64,000 nucleotides of DNA from Camelus ferus (GCF_009834535.1 NC_045697.1:104658001-104722000); one strand, 5' to 3'; shown: positions 1-13,437, counted from the first letter of the stretch. Notes: generated from the sequence alone by a model not told the origin. Program-made: numbers and translations.

Positions 1-150
1 TGCTGAAACCCATCAGGAAGTCCTAGCGTTCTGAGCATTAGCTGCCCGGGACTCTTTGCTTGGCGCTGCACTTTCCTTCACCACCACCCGGTGTCAACAG
101 ATTGGCTTTACTGCATGTGGGTGAACAGACCCAAATTTGGTTTTGTAATA
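1..150 (+). mobile_element. 3' end of an ERV LTR, truncated by the window edge
   Basis: U5-like end (gattggctttactgc...gacccaaatttggttttgtaa) resembles the end of the LTR at 3032-3525; family not assigned. Confidence 0.5.
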
Positions 151-424
151 TAAGATACCTAACTGTTTCTTGAAGAAAGTGTTCCAGTTAAACTAAATAA
201 ATCTTTTTTTTTTAAATCAGCAGTAAACTGGATTACGTGGTCTCCACAATAGATATTATTATACATTGTATGTGTAATACATAACATAATGTTTATAATA
301 AATAAATAATATGAATGTTAGAAGTATGAGTTCCTATCAATAGGCTTCCATGATAAGAAAGTGTCTAGCTTTATAAAATATTTTTGGGGAAAAACAAACC
401 AGCTAGATCTAAGAATTTGTAACT

Positions 425-426
<2 letters not shown>

Positions 427-462
<36 letters not shown>
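427..462. repeat. (CA)n microsatellite
   Basis: Uninterrupted AC run seen directly. Confidence 0.95.
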
Positions 463-467
<5 letters not shown>

Positions 468-1479
468 CTCCCAAGATTAAAATAATCTGATTAAGAAACT
501 AGCATCCCTCTCTTAAAGCTGAAGTTCTTTAAGACCAGGAGTAAAAACAACGACACAATATACAATGTAGCCCTTTACTACAGATTTTTAAGGACTGACA
601 ATAATTGGAAAGAAAACTAGACTGACCACCAAGCCTCATTTTAGTATTCTATATTTTTGCATAAAATTTTAACTAGCCTTCAGTTGCAAATTTTGCTCTC
701 ATTCTGCTTTGCTTCACCTCTTTCAGAAAATATATGTCGTGCAGTTTAGGGCTTCCTGAGGATAACTAGTATGGTCAGTTCAGTGTTGCTGTAAACTTCA
801 GATCTGGATAATGTCACCCATTTGCTCTTTCCAAAGACAGGGCACTTATTTAGGGACACCTGCCCTACTGTATTAGCTTTTTTAAAAAAAAACTGCTGGT
901 GACAGTGTAGCTGAAAATTCAAGTGGAAAAGAACTAGAAAGGCTCAGCACCTTTCCTTCTGCTGATTTTTTAAAACTGATTCTTGAGAAGACTGCGTCTG
1001 CACAGCGTGACCAGGCCATGGCACCGCTGATCCTATCACTTGTGAGTCCCTTCATAATCAGTGTAGATGGCCACACAGTTCACTCAACCCATAGTGATGA
1101 GAATCAAACATGAAGATGGCTGAAATAATTGGGTCAAGTCGGCACCAGGCCAGTTCAATGGTTACAGAAAAAATGCGAGCATATTCAAAAATCATAATGG
1201 ATCATTCCCTGCAGGTAAAACAGGAGTGATGATAGCAATGTATCAGCCAATTTCAGAAGGACATGAACAAGTAAAATGATGTAAATGATGCATTTATATA
1301 GGTGTGGAATAAAAATAAATAATACTGTTTATCATATAAATGTAGGCAGATTTATGTCCTAAACATTTAATTTCCAGCTCATTCCCTTTCATAATAAAAA
1401 AAAAAGTTAGTCAGTCATGGAAGCACTAGGAAGTGAGACTATTTTAAGCTCAAGTATTATTTTGAATACTTTGTCTTGT

Positions 1480-2590
1480 TATGCTGGGTTGGCTTTCTAC
1501 CATGTATCCCTCCAATCCATCCTCTGCCCTTCTTTGCTGTATTCTACTCCCAGGGAGGCTAATCTCTTTGGACTACATCAGCAGGCTCCTTTGTCCTCTG
1601 GCTTCTAGTTGGGTTCGGCCAATAGGGGACATGAATGTGAGATCAGGGGAGGAGAGTGAGGTGGAGCACTGATGGCTTCCACTCCCCTTGGTGGTGGGGT
1701 CATCCCTCCACAGATGGTCATAGCTCCTTTTTAAAAAAAAAATTTAGCAAGACTGTGACATTTTTAGTTGAATAAACACTCCTAGGATTATAGCAAGCCT
1801 TTAATTAATGTCCAGAATTCTGAAAAGATAATTTTGACAAGTGTTGCCAGTGTTCTCATTGCTTTTACAGAAGAGAGGATTTGGGGCAGCCATTACTCTG
1901 TCATTCAGAAGTTGATCTTCTAATACAATGTTTTGGAGATTCTTTTAAGTTGTATTAGTACTATTTTCTTTTTTTTTTTCTTAGTACATGTGCTGCCAAA
2001 ATGATCACGGACTTTGTTCATTTTTTACTGCTACCTAAAGTTCCACGTGGATAGATCTCAATTGTTTATCTATGATGTTTGAGCTTCTTTGTGAACATAT
2101 GTCTTCTTTGTTCTTGAATAAAATCCTAACACATGCGGGGTCATAGTTGTATAAGGAACTAAAATATTATACATAATTTTAGAAGGAACTAGTTTTCCAC
2201 AGTACTTGAATTATTTTACACTCTATCAAATGATGTATTGAGAATTATAGTTGATTCACATTGTTATTGTCGATCTTTTTTTTTTAATTGAACTGTAGTT
2301 GATTTACAATGTTGTATTAGTTTCAGGTGTACAGCAAAGTGATTCAGATATAGGTATATATATCTGAAAAATGATATAGAAATATATATATACACACACA
2401 TATATGTCACAACTCTTTTTAGAGGACCCATTCCACACAGCCTCTTTTTCCAGTAACTGCTTCCTCCTCTTTGCTGTTACTGCACCATCCCAAATGGTTT
2501 CCCTGCTCCTTGACCAAACCTTTGTAAACAGCCCCTCTACTGAACATTCTTCAAATCACCTACTTTGACCAACCGTGAGTAACCTTGACT
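1480..2590 (+). mobile_element. ERVL LTR33-like remnant in two pieces (~1480-1725, ~2405-2590), interrupted by L1 and other fragments
   Basis: Motifs ggaggctaatctctttggactacatcagcaggctcctttgtcctctggcttctagttgggttcggccaat and acctttgtaaacagcccctc resemble the recalled LTR33 consensus. Confidence 0.55.
2275..2400 (-). mobile_element. L1 3'-end fragment
   Basis: Poly(T) followed by aattgaactgtagttgatttacaatgttgtattagtttcaggtgtacagcaaagtgattcag, a typical antisense artiodactyl L1 3' end. Confidence 0.7.
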
Positions 2591-2944
2591 GGATCACAGG
2601 ACAGCAAACATTACTTAGAATTATTTGACAAGTAGTGTTAATGCAAAACAATTGTTTGATAAGAACAAAAGGTGTGGCTGTCTCCCTTCACCCTGTGCCT
2701 ACTTCCCTTGACAGACCTGAGACAAGACAAGATTTGTGGAGTGGACCTTCAATATTATTTCAGACCATTTCAGACCTTCCCCAAAGATATGTGGCCTTGC
2801 TTTTATTAAAATGGCTCTGGGTGTTAGAGCTGTCTGGGGAGGGGAAGCAAGTAACTCTATCAGGTTGACCCAAGTCAGGCTTCTACTCACCAAATGTGTG
2901 ATTTTTGGTGATACAAATCAGCTGGTTATCTAGTTTAATCTTTA

Positions 2945-3931
2945 TTGGGGGACAATTCTCCATGGCATTTCTGTATGCTTTCCATCAGTTTTTGCTCTGG
3001 AATATCTTTTCAAGGATATTCATTTGTACAATGTAATAGGGAAGAACAAATCTGACTCCATATTGGATTTGTTTCTTTTACTTTAAATCTTTGTTTTCTT
3101 TTACTTTTGCTACAAGTTAATCACTAAAGGGATGTTGCATATGAGCTTAAGTCATAAATAATGGCCCATCTCTGGGTACCCTGACTCACAGATAATGAGC
3201 ATAAAGCTGAAACACATTTGTTTACTCACAGGAAACATCCTGACCAGGCCCACCTGTGAATGACAGCAGGCAAGAAGAAATGAACACATCCCCTCTGGAA
3301 GCTGACCAGAACCAGGAAATTGTCTGACTTTACTCCCTCCCCTTTTAGTATAAAAGAAGTATGAATTCTAACTCAGGCAAGACAGTTCCTTGGGACACTA
3401 GTGCACCATCTTCTCCGTCTGCTGGCTTTCTGAATAAAGTCACTATTCCTTGCCCCAACAACTCATTCTTGATTTATTGGCCTGCTGTGCAGCGAGCAGT
3501 ACGAGCTTGGACTGGGTAACTAACACATACAGCAAACAGCCTTGAGAAGTAGAGATAGCATCTCCTTCCAGGGCAAAGAGCACATTTTTTTTCCTGACTA
3601 GGATGATAAAGACAATGTCTCCCTCAGGGAAAAGGTTGAACAGGTTTACTTTCAGGTCATTACAGAAGACTGGGGCGTTCCTCACCTACGGTGGAAACTC
3701 CTTCCTGTACAGAATACACCTGGGCCTCTCCACCTCACCCCCTGGGACTTGGGAGGCAAGAGGAACCATTACAAACATGAAGCTCTTCCTGCCTGCTGTG
3801 CTATTAGTAGAAAAGTCCTTTGTCTCAGACCCAGATGTCTCATGTCTTGCCAGTATCTATGGAACTGTGGCAGGCTAACCTCTTAGCTTGCAATTAGGGT
3901 ACAAATCTCAGACCCTTCTCAGTTATTAACA
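2945..3931 (+). mobile_element. Older ERV LTR (~2945-3031 and ~3526-3931) split by a nested LTR
   Basis: The halves join (atcttttcaaggatatt...tacagcaaacagccttgagaagtagagatagc) and end in aaatctcagacccttctcagttattaaca. Confidence 0.55.
3032..3525 (+). mobile_element. Solo ERV LTR nested in an older LTR
   Basis: Starts TGTAATAGGG, has TATAAAA near 3349 and AATAAA near 3434, ends ...gggtaactaaca. Confidence 0.7.
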
Positions 3932-5917
3932 GTCCACAGACTTCCAGCTCAGTGACTTGTCCCCCAACCCCAATCCTGAAGCCATGTGTTTCTATATCAG
4001 CCACTAATTTTGTGGTCATTTGTTAGGCCAGTAACAGAAAATACATCAGGCAAGGTATTTTTCTACTTGAGTCTTCCTTCCTGGGGACATTGGTCACGAA
4101 TCCAGGGTTCCTGAGAATAAGGAGAATTGAAAAGCTTAGTGCTGGGACAACTGCCTGATCCTTATTATATCCCAACTTAGGGAGGGTCCTAGGACGAAGG
4201 GAAACAACAAAGACACTGCTCTCCTGTTTTCCTCTCTTTTCCCAAATGAGAAAATGGGAAAGCACAAATCATAGGATTTATACTCTAGGGGAAAAAAAAA
4301 GTCTAGTTTTACATCCACAAAGTAAAGATGCCATATAAATAGAAGCGCTGACTACAATGGCCCAAGCCTGGTGGACTGCGTTCAGAGCTCTGCGTGCACA
4401 GAACGCTCACCCTCCTCACCACACCCCCACATCTGACCTATGTAAAACCACGGAGGACGTGTGCCCGTGAGTTTACACAAGGTAACGGACAGCCTGTATG
4501 TGAGAAAAGAGGTAAAACTCCATCTCCATAGGGACCTTTCCTCATATATAAAGGAAAAAACTAAAACACCGGGGCAAAACCCTCCCACAAATTCTCCATA
4601 CCTCGTGTGAGTCAAGCCTTCTTTCTAGGGGGATCAGCATAGTCTAGCATCCAAAGTACAATAAATGACACCTTGATTTTTGTTTAAATCCTAAAGAATT
4701 TGTCTCATATAAAAATATGTTTCCATTCTCACATTTTTGAATAATCCACAGAATCTTCTTCCTAACCAGAAATACCTTCTCTCCCAAAGCTCCCGAATAA
4801 CCTAGTCTTGAATCTGTTAATGTTTAAAGTTATTAAGGTTTTTCACCTTCCTTTTAGCCTGTAACTTGATATGCCAGAAGTGTCACTTAAATCAGTCTGA
4901 AAATAAACCATCAATTAAAAAAAAACTTCATTAGATATAGCTACTAGAAAGTTCATCTAGTGAGTAATAGTTTATAGAAAAGGTAATTTATTATTTACTA
5001 TGCAAGTTATCTTCACCATTCACAGGATCCTCTTCACCTGAGTAACAAGACAACATATACTGCCAAAGATTATCTGATGGCTTAAGACACTTTACCATCC
5101 TTTCTTGTGAGGTAATTAGAGATCCTGATAGTCACTAATCCAGTAATTCTAGTAACAAACTTTTGAAGACCAGGGCAAACGTTCTCTTCATTTAAGGATT
5201 TATTTCAGTAGTTTAAACACAGAGCCTTCATAAAGAAAATCTGCTATAAAAGTTAATGAACTGAGAGAATAAACCTGAATCAAGAATGTGAAAATTGAAT
5301 CTGTAAGCAAAGAAAACCATCAGAAATTGTTAGGCAAGCCCTGGAAACGTGGGGAGTAGTATCTGAAAACAAGAGGCAAAGCCAGGGACAAAGGCTTATC
5401 CAAGTCAGAAACACAGGTAAGGGACCCTAGACCACAATTTCCAAACTGTGCTGAGGGGCCACAGAGCAGGAAGTGCATTCAGAGGCACCACAGGATAGTT
5501 TAAACGTTTGAGAGAAACACAGAAACATCATATGAATGTCTGGAAGTAGGTTGTTTGGACATAATTACTTACTTACTACATGAAACTGTTAGAAATTTCT
5601 TTGGCTAAAGGACACCATGAAAAATTGACTGAGATTCTAAGGTGTCATGAGACGAGAAAGTCTGGGACTCGCCACCTTAGGGACAAAGGACATTGAGAGC
5701 CTGCTCAGAGTAGAATCAGAAAAGGAGGTCAAAAGTGGAAATGACGGCGTCTCCAGCTGCTACATAACTCTTGCATTGATGCAGACCAAGTTCCCCATAG
5801 GCACCTTGTTTGGGGGGGCCTATATTTTTAACAACACCCTAGCTCCCCTCCTGCTCCTCCCCTTTCCCCCTGCTCACAGCCACTCGGGGAAGCAGGACCA
5901 GTAGGGGAACTTCCATT

Positions 5918-5919
<2 letters not shown>

Positions 5920-5958
<39 letters not shown>
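5920..5958. repeat. (CA)n microsatellite
   Basis: Seen directly. Confidence 0.95.
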
Positions 5959-5962
<4 letters not shown>

Positions 5963-6277
5963 AAAATAATATGTATATGGTGGGACCTTTTCTTTCATGT
6001 AATCCTGGCTCTAAAGAAAAGAACCCTTGTGCCCTATGACTCTGGAGTTTTGCAGGATCCCTTTAAAATCAGTGACTCTTAATGACAAGAACAAAACCAT
6101 GGTTTTTCAATGTTGGTTTTGGGACGGGAACAACTAGAGTTCCCCAAATATTTAGTGTGAGACAGTCTGCTGAAATTTAATTACGTCCCTAGGGATGAAA
6201 TGAGTGCACTTTATGTTGAGATTCATTTAGCAACTTCATGACAGCCCATTATAAAAAATTTTTAATTTACTCTAAAT

Positions 6278-7230
6278 TAGGGGGTGGCAGACTTTTTCCA
6301 TAAAAGGCCAAATAGTAAATATTTTTAAATATCCTTTTAATTTTTTTTTTACAACCCTAAATGCCAAATTAAAAGCAGTTGGGTATATTCACATTGCTGT
6401 CAACAAATCTCCAGGTATCTTTACATCTTGCAAAACTGGCACTCCATCCCCAATGAACAGACAATTCCCTGTTTCCCCTAAATACATCCCCTGTATGCAT
6501 ACAGCAGCATTAGACACCATTAGGGGGTAGGAAGGCGGGTTCTCTGGTCAAGGTCAAAAGCAATGGAGGAGGATCATATCCATACCTCATCCTCTAGGTG
6601 CGTACACCAGTGTTCATAGAAGCATTATTCACAATAAATACCAGGAGGAAACCAATGTTCACAGCAGTAGTATTCAAAATGGGCAAAAGCTGGGAGAAAC
6701 CCAACTGGCCATCAACAGATAAACAGATACACAAAATGTGGTTTCTACATACAGTGCAATATTATTTAGCCTTGAAAAATTAGGAAATCCAGATACATGC
6801 TACAGTATGGATGAACCCTGAAAACAGTATGCTAAGTGAACTAACCCAGATGCAAAAGGACAAATATTGTATGACTCCACTTACATAAAGTACCTAGAGT
6901 GTTCAAATTTACAAAGGCAGAAGGTAGGAGAGTGGTTACCAGGGACTGGGGAAAAGGAGAATGGAGAGTTAGTGTTTCACGAGTACCGAGTTTCAGCCTG
7001 GGATAATGAGAAAGTTCCAGAGATGGACAGCAGTGATAGTGGCACAATAATGTGAATATATTTAATGCCATTGAATTGTGCACTTAAAGATGGTTAAAAT
7101 GGTAACTTTTATGTTTGCATATATTTTACCATGATGAAAAAGGAAATGCAAAAACTGTTCTTAGCTCATGGGCCATGCAGAAACAGATTGCAGACCACGA
7201 CTGGGTTATTGCCGGCCATAGTTGGTTCTA
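6278..7230 (+). mobile_element. MER58-like hAT element (ends ~6278-6340 and ~7140-7230) interrupted by L1 fragments
   Basis: gggtggcagactttttccataaaaggccaaatagtaaatattttt and aaaactgttcttagctcatgggccatgcagaaacag...ccatagttg resemble MER58 ends. Confidence 0.55.
6598..7140 (+). mobile_element. L1M ORF2 end and 3' UTR fragment
   Basis: Translation resembles the L1 ORF2 C-terminus (FTAVVFKMGKSWEKPNWPSTDKQIHKMWFLHTVQYYLALK), followed by typical L1M 3' UTR. Confidence 0.85.
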
Positions 7231-7275
7231 AATCATAAGACCCATAAACAAAATGAACAAAATGACAGAAAATAC

Positions 7276-9215
7276 TTTTTTAAACTGTAACTCATTTTTA
7301 TTTCAACATGAGTATGTTAAACAGATCTTCATATTGACCACCACTGGCACTTTCACCATGGTTTGTACACATCACATGATCATCTTGCATAACATTACAT
7401 TTTAAAAAACCTCTGAGTGACAATTTTATAGCATTCACACGCCGTGAGCTGGTTAAGGAAGAATACCACAGTTGCCTCCTACAGTGCTTCGCTGGTGTAA
7501 TAAGGACAGTAAATTGTGGTTAAAAAAATTAGACATCAAGGTTAAGCAGCTCCAATTTACTGAAGGCCACCAGTGGCCACCACTGGGGACAGTGAGATCT
7601 TTCAAAGTGTACATGTTCTAGAAGAGAACACCGTCATTGGTTAAAACTTTGTCAAAAGAAGTCAGTTTCTGTGCTGAAAACTATTTTCATAAAACTGAAA
7701 ACTACCAAACTGTTTTAATATAAGTACTTTGTCTTCTCATCAGCATGTTTAAGACCAGGTTCTATGAAACCGTTGGAATTTACTCTCTCTTTAATGTGTG
7801 CTCTCATTTCCATCTCACCCATTTAAGGTCACCGCCTAAAAGGCTTTAAGGTGGTGGCGATAAACTCACCAGCGAAATCCTTTGCTCACCAGGAATGTTC
7901 AGCTGCTGAAAAATGATCTAGAGCCTCGATGGTGCGGAGCTGGACTTGACAAGAACACTCAGGAAGCCATCGTGCTGTCATCGAGCGTCATTTCAAGGAA
8001 AGCAGAGAATCTTCCCAAACTATGCACATAATTCGCAATGATACCATTGCTATGTGTTGAAGAGGACTGGTATATGATGTTCTCATCCATGTCATCTGTT
8101 TGCCAGAAAGCAGTTTGGGTCAAAGTAATTATAACTGGTGCCCTGGGACACACAGTAGACTCTAAGAATGTCTTTGACCTACAAACAGGTTCTAGTTGGT
8201 GATCGTCCTTGTGAATATCTGATTCATGAAGGCGGTCTGAACAAGAACCACAGAAATCCAAAGACATTCCTGGAGGACAATCCTGGCAGTGGCACTGAAC
8301 ACCCTACCTGGATAGGTTCTATGCCTCAGTTATCACACTTGAAGCCCACATGGTACACAAATCCACTTTCAGCTTGCATTTGCTTAAGTTTGTTTTTTTA
8401 TAACTTTTTAAACTGTTCCTTATATTCAGGTAAATTTCCATACATAATAGGAATACTCTATCTGATGCCTCCTCAATAGCACTGTTCATGTGGCTATGAA
8501 AACAGGATCGGTCTTCATCTTCATCCATATAGACTGATGGTTCCTGGGAAGTCATCAAAGTGGAATGTTTAAAGAGGCTTATTAAGGGGGTGCTGTCATG
8601 TGCTTGTTGAAGACTTTTTGGAGTATATATATATAAGTTTGGTGTTCTGCCTGGGACTGGAATGCCAGCTTTAGTTTCATGAACTACTTCTGCACTTGCT
8701 GACAACCTGTTCTGCTGTCCTACTGCCCAGTTCATCAGCTACATTCTGCCAGCATCAAGATTCTACTCCTTCAGGAGGGTATTCCAGGAGTAGTTGTTCA
8801 AACTTTTTCTGTTCTTCAACAGTCCACAATTGGTTAAATGTTTCAGGGTTGGTATCATCACACATGTGTCCTCTTATCATCTGAGGATGACTATTTTGAG
8901 CCTTCTGAACCATCACTCAGAGGCAACATACAAGTATGACAGGGACTCTCCATCCTTCCTAGGATCTAAAGGACTTTTTGGTCTAGCAGGTAAACCTAGT
9001 TTGTCAAAAACTAGATTAACTCTTCTAGTATGCCTTTTATGATTTTCACATTCCCTTCCAAAGTTCCCAAGGCTATTGGTATACTGGTGCCCAATCTTTG
9101 GCAACTGAACAACTCTCTGTGATACGGAAGCCCTATATCAGCCTTCTTCTGGAAGTTTTCCACGAACTCAATGGGATTTTTTTGTGCTTCTCTCTGATGT
9201 CTGCCTAAACTCAAC
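7276..9215 (-). pseudogene. ZZZ3: Processed, 5'-truncated pseudogene of ZZZ3 (SANT/Myb + ZZ zinc-finger region and 3' UTR)
   Basis: Intronless minus-strand peptides match the recalled ZZZ3 C-terminal half: [108 protein letters not shown]. Several frameshifts; premature TGA at 8755-8757; parental stop at 8092-8094; AATAAA at 7297-7302 and short A tail at 7276-7281. Confidence 0.92.
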
Positions 9216-9432
9216 CTGATGGCTGACAGTTCCACAAACAAGTGTTCCAACAGACAAGGTGAAGTTGCCTGACCTTTTATGACCTAGCCTCTGCAGTCAT
9301 ATGGTGATTATGATCACTATACTCTAATAGTCAAATCAGTCACCCCAACCCAGATTTAAGGGGAGGGGACACAGAGTCCATATGTTTATGGGAAGAGTAC
9401 AGAAGTTGCAGCCATGTTTTAAAACCACCACA
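9216..9432. mobile_element. MaLR MLT1-type LTR fragment
   Basis: gaccttttatgacctagcctc...cagatttaaggggaggggacacag...gccatgttttaaaaccaccaca resembles the recalled MLT1 consensus. Confidence 0.65.
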
Positions 9433-12115
9433 GACGCATTTACATAGAGAGATATGGCAATACATGCCAAGGGGTGCCCGCTTCGCAGAATCCCTCAAAG
9501 TGAATTTTGTTAACCTATTATTTTAAGGCAGACTAATCCAAACTGCATCAAGAATGACTAATGACTAAGAACGATTGGCTTGACTTTGACCCTAGTATCA
9601 TCTACTGGTTATAATCACTTGTTATTTTTCAAACACTATCAAGCTCAGATCCACCCTCAGGCTTAGGCTAAGTCATATCCAGAAAGAATATAGAGAATGC
9701 CCATAGCAAGAAAAGCAAGTGGATTAGGATCAAGCCAACATTATGGTTGCTGAAATCAGCCATTCCCTGACTCAGTGATTACCAGACTTTAGTATTTCAT
9801 GGACCAAGAACAATTTTGGAAATAGACTAAATAGAAACAAAGTTACCAACCTTTCATTCTCCAAAGTAAGAACATTTAGAAAACAACTACTCTATAACTA
9901 TCACATTAAAAAAAAAATAGAACGGATAACTTCAAAATAAAGCATACTCCTTTAGAATGAATAAGTTTGACTAAATGGAAAATTCACTATATATATTTTT
10001 TCTTTCTTTCTCATTTCTCTGCTGATCTGCAGAAAACTTCACCATGGATAAACCCTGGTTCGCAAACTGGTGTGGGAAATTACCTATGCAAGTGACATTC
10101 TGGTCTCTTCCCTCTCTTGCTTTATTCTATTTATTTTTATAGTTCTAGAGCTTTAGCTTGCTCCTAGGATCTCAATCTAAAAGGCAGACAAATACGTAAA
10201 TGATTGTAACTCATGAGTGCTACTAAGGATATAGGGCGAAAAAAACTCAAGGAAAGTTTCACAAATTATGTAAAAAACATTTGCCCATGAGAAAGAATGC
10301 GAAGACTATTACAGATGGCAATGACTGACTGAAAGCACAGAGACTATGTATCCAGCATACCCAAGGAAAACTATATTGTGTATCAAAAAGTAAGTAATGG
10401 TTATACTTGGTTGTAGAGTAAGGGTTTTCTCTTCTTTATTCTCCTCTTTTCTGAAATTTGACAATGGAGTATGCACTGATTTAATGATCAGGAAATTAAA
10501 AATAACTATGTCAATTTTGTAGGTTAGCTTATGAAGAACAAACAAAAAGCCTATGTCCCTTTAAGTTTGTATAAAAAGAGACCGGGCTGTAAAATGGAGG
10601 TGTTATCAAGCTCCAGACTTTGGCTTAGGACAGATGACAATAGGGCAGACAACATTCCCTAGGCTGGGTGTAGTCAATACTGCAGGCCTTCTAGTTCACA
10701 TACAGTCATCAGTCAAGAATTCTCAGGTGGCAGGTGCTGATAGGTTGAATGTTTAGCAGCACCTCAGCAGTCAGAGACCAAGGTTAGAATCCCAGCACCA
10801 CCACTAACTAGCTCAATGAGCTTTGCAAATTACTTAACTATTTGAATCTCTTTTTTCATCTGTAACATCAAAAACTGCCTACCTTCTGGGATTTTTATGC
10901 AGATCAACTGATATAATATAGGTAAAGAGCAGTGTCTGACTCTCAGAAAACGACACATATAGAACACATTTGTGTGTCTAATTGAGAAGTAGAGATTTGT
11001 TTGTTCTATTGGTTTAGAAAGGCTTTAAGATCCCATTTACCATTTATTTGCCCCATAGGTTTAGTTAAAAGCTTTAAGCACATTAAATTTGTCAGCTATA
11101 ATGTCAACCTTTTGAAACTTTAATGTATGCGAGTTTGTAACAAGTTCCAAATGCGGAGAGGATATTCAGTATTTGCAGTGTCTTCTAAAATTAACCTATG
11201 CCTAGAATGGTCTTTCCGCAGGATCCCAAAATAACCAAGTGGCTCTACCCTTACATTCCAGCAACTGACACAAAACTAGGCGAACGTTTCCCATTTCTTT
11301 CTGTCTTCTTATTCGAGCTGACTTCCCTAACCACTCTCAGAGAGAATGGGGGCCCTTTTGTGCAGAAAAAGAAAAGGCTCAGCTCTAAGGTAATGGCCTC
11401 TTACCCAGGCTTTCTTAAAGCTGGAATATAGTCAGCAGAACAATGGAGTAGGGGTTCCTCAAGTGTTCTCAAACGCTCTGTAGAGCTTGCAGAATCCTCA
11501 TGGGCCACTGGTCCCATCCGACAGCGATTCCACACTTCCCCGAACCTCCTCTGCCTCCAACCTTGTAACGTAGATACGCATCCCTACAGCCCCGCCCCCT
11601 TCAAATGACCAATCAGAGAGTACGGAATGAACCGGATGAGGGGGGCCTAGCTTGGCGCTGTCGACGAATCACCAACCTCATTCAGCAGGGGGCGGAAGCG
11701 GAAGCCCTGGTTTGGCCTTGGATTCCGCCTTGGGGGAATGTCCGGTACGAGCGAGTGAAGACATCCTGGGGCCAGCGGGTTTTGAGTTATCGCCCCTTAT
11801 CTATCAGCAGAATCCGGCAAGGAAACGCCTGCGAACCGGGGAGGAAGGAAGCTCGACCGCCCAAGAAAAGAGGGAGCGGGCAGGCAGCCGCGGGGCAGAA
11901 CCGAGCTGTGTGCAGGGTCCTTACAGGCCGGTCCGGCTCGGTGCCGCTCCCGTCGAGGCCATGCTGCAGGGGGAGCTTCGAGCGATCCCGGGGTGAGGGG
12001 AGCAGCTCTGCCGGGGATTCCACCGCGGAAGAACTGGGTGGATGCACGGTAGAGAGGAAAGAATGCTGCCCGCACTGCTCCCCGGTAGCATCTTCAGCGG
12101 CCGCATTTGTGGCGG

Positions 12116-12142
12116 CAGCAGCAGCAGCAGCAGCAGCAGCAG
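12116..12142 (+). repeat. (CAG)9 trinucleotide repeat in the TMEM184C 5' leader
   Basis: Nine perfect CAG units upstream of the ATG at 12310. Confidence 0.95.
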
Positions 12143-12255
12143 AAAGCACAGCGTGCGCCAAGGAGGCGGTTCGAGCTGCTGAATAAGTCACCCAACGGCT
12201 GTTTCTCCGTAGTATGCGAGTCGACAGAACAGCCAAAGAACAGGGCTCCCCATAA

Positions 12256-12459
<204 letters not shown>

Positions 12460-13437
12460 TAACCTTTCTTCTACCGTCCGGCCCATCTAAGGGATCCTAT
12501 TTTTGCCCGGACGCTCCAGACTTGATATCCTGAAAACCACGTCGTGTAATGAACCCAGTCTTAGGACATAAACCTGTTGTTTCTGGTTGTTCACAGTTTT
12601 TCAGAGCTTTCTACGGGTGGAGGTAGGGCCGAGAAAATAGGATATATTAAGGTAGCGTCTTCGGAGAGCACTGTTTTGCAAGCATTTATCAATTCCCTGA
12701 AAGTAAGGTAACTTTATTCCTGAAATCTGATCTATTCAAATATTGGACTTAACTAGATCCACTTTAAAGACCAGGTGTTGAATTTTATTAGCATTTAACT
12801 AGCTTCCTGGATTAAAAGGACGCGAGTTGGTTTAACTTTGTTGTTTGTTTTTACTTTAGAAATTAACTCTTAACCAACAAAGTTTTGCAGAAAGTCCTTT
12901 GTATATTTTTTGATGTCATTCTTATTATGACATCAGTAAAGTAGTAAAAGCTGAAAGACCTCCCCGCCCCAGGTAAATACTTAACTAAGTGCTTTATAAA
13001 AATTGTAATAAACTTTAAATTTGAAGTTAATAAGAACCTGGACGTATTTTTACTTAGAAACAACTATTTCACATGAGTTATGACAAGCCCATGGGTTTTT
13101 TTTAGGCTTTTTATTTGGAAATGATTTTTATACAATTAAATGAAATGTATTTAATATGTTTGTTTTCTGTATGTTCACTTAGTATTTTTTTGTTGACTTT
13201 CCCATACTAACATAGTCCATGTAGTTGTTTTTAATGTTATGTAACATTACACTACATCGTTTCCCATTTATTAGATATTTAAGTTATTTCCATAATTTGT
13301 CTAACAAAATTCAAGTATAGATATCTTAATACAAATAGGGATTTCTTTGGAGTATTTCTTACTTTGAAGTATAGAAACTACTTTTAAGATTAATAATATG
13401 TATAATAACCTATCTTGAGACTTGTCTTAGGTGTTAG

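Noticed and set aside
880..1215. Exon-like stretch with a ~75-codon open frame and a CAG|GTAAAA donor
   Set aside because: No recognisable protein similarity, the frame stops before the donor, and there is no clear acceptor
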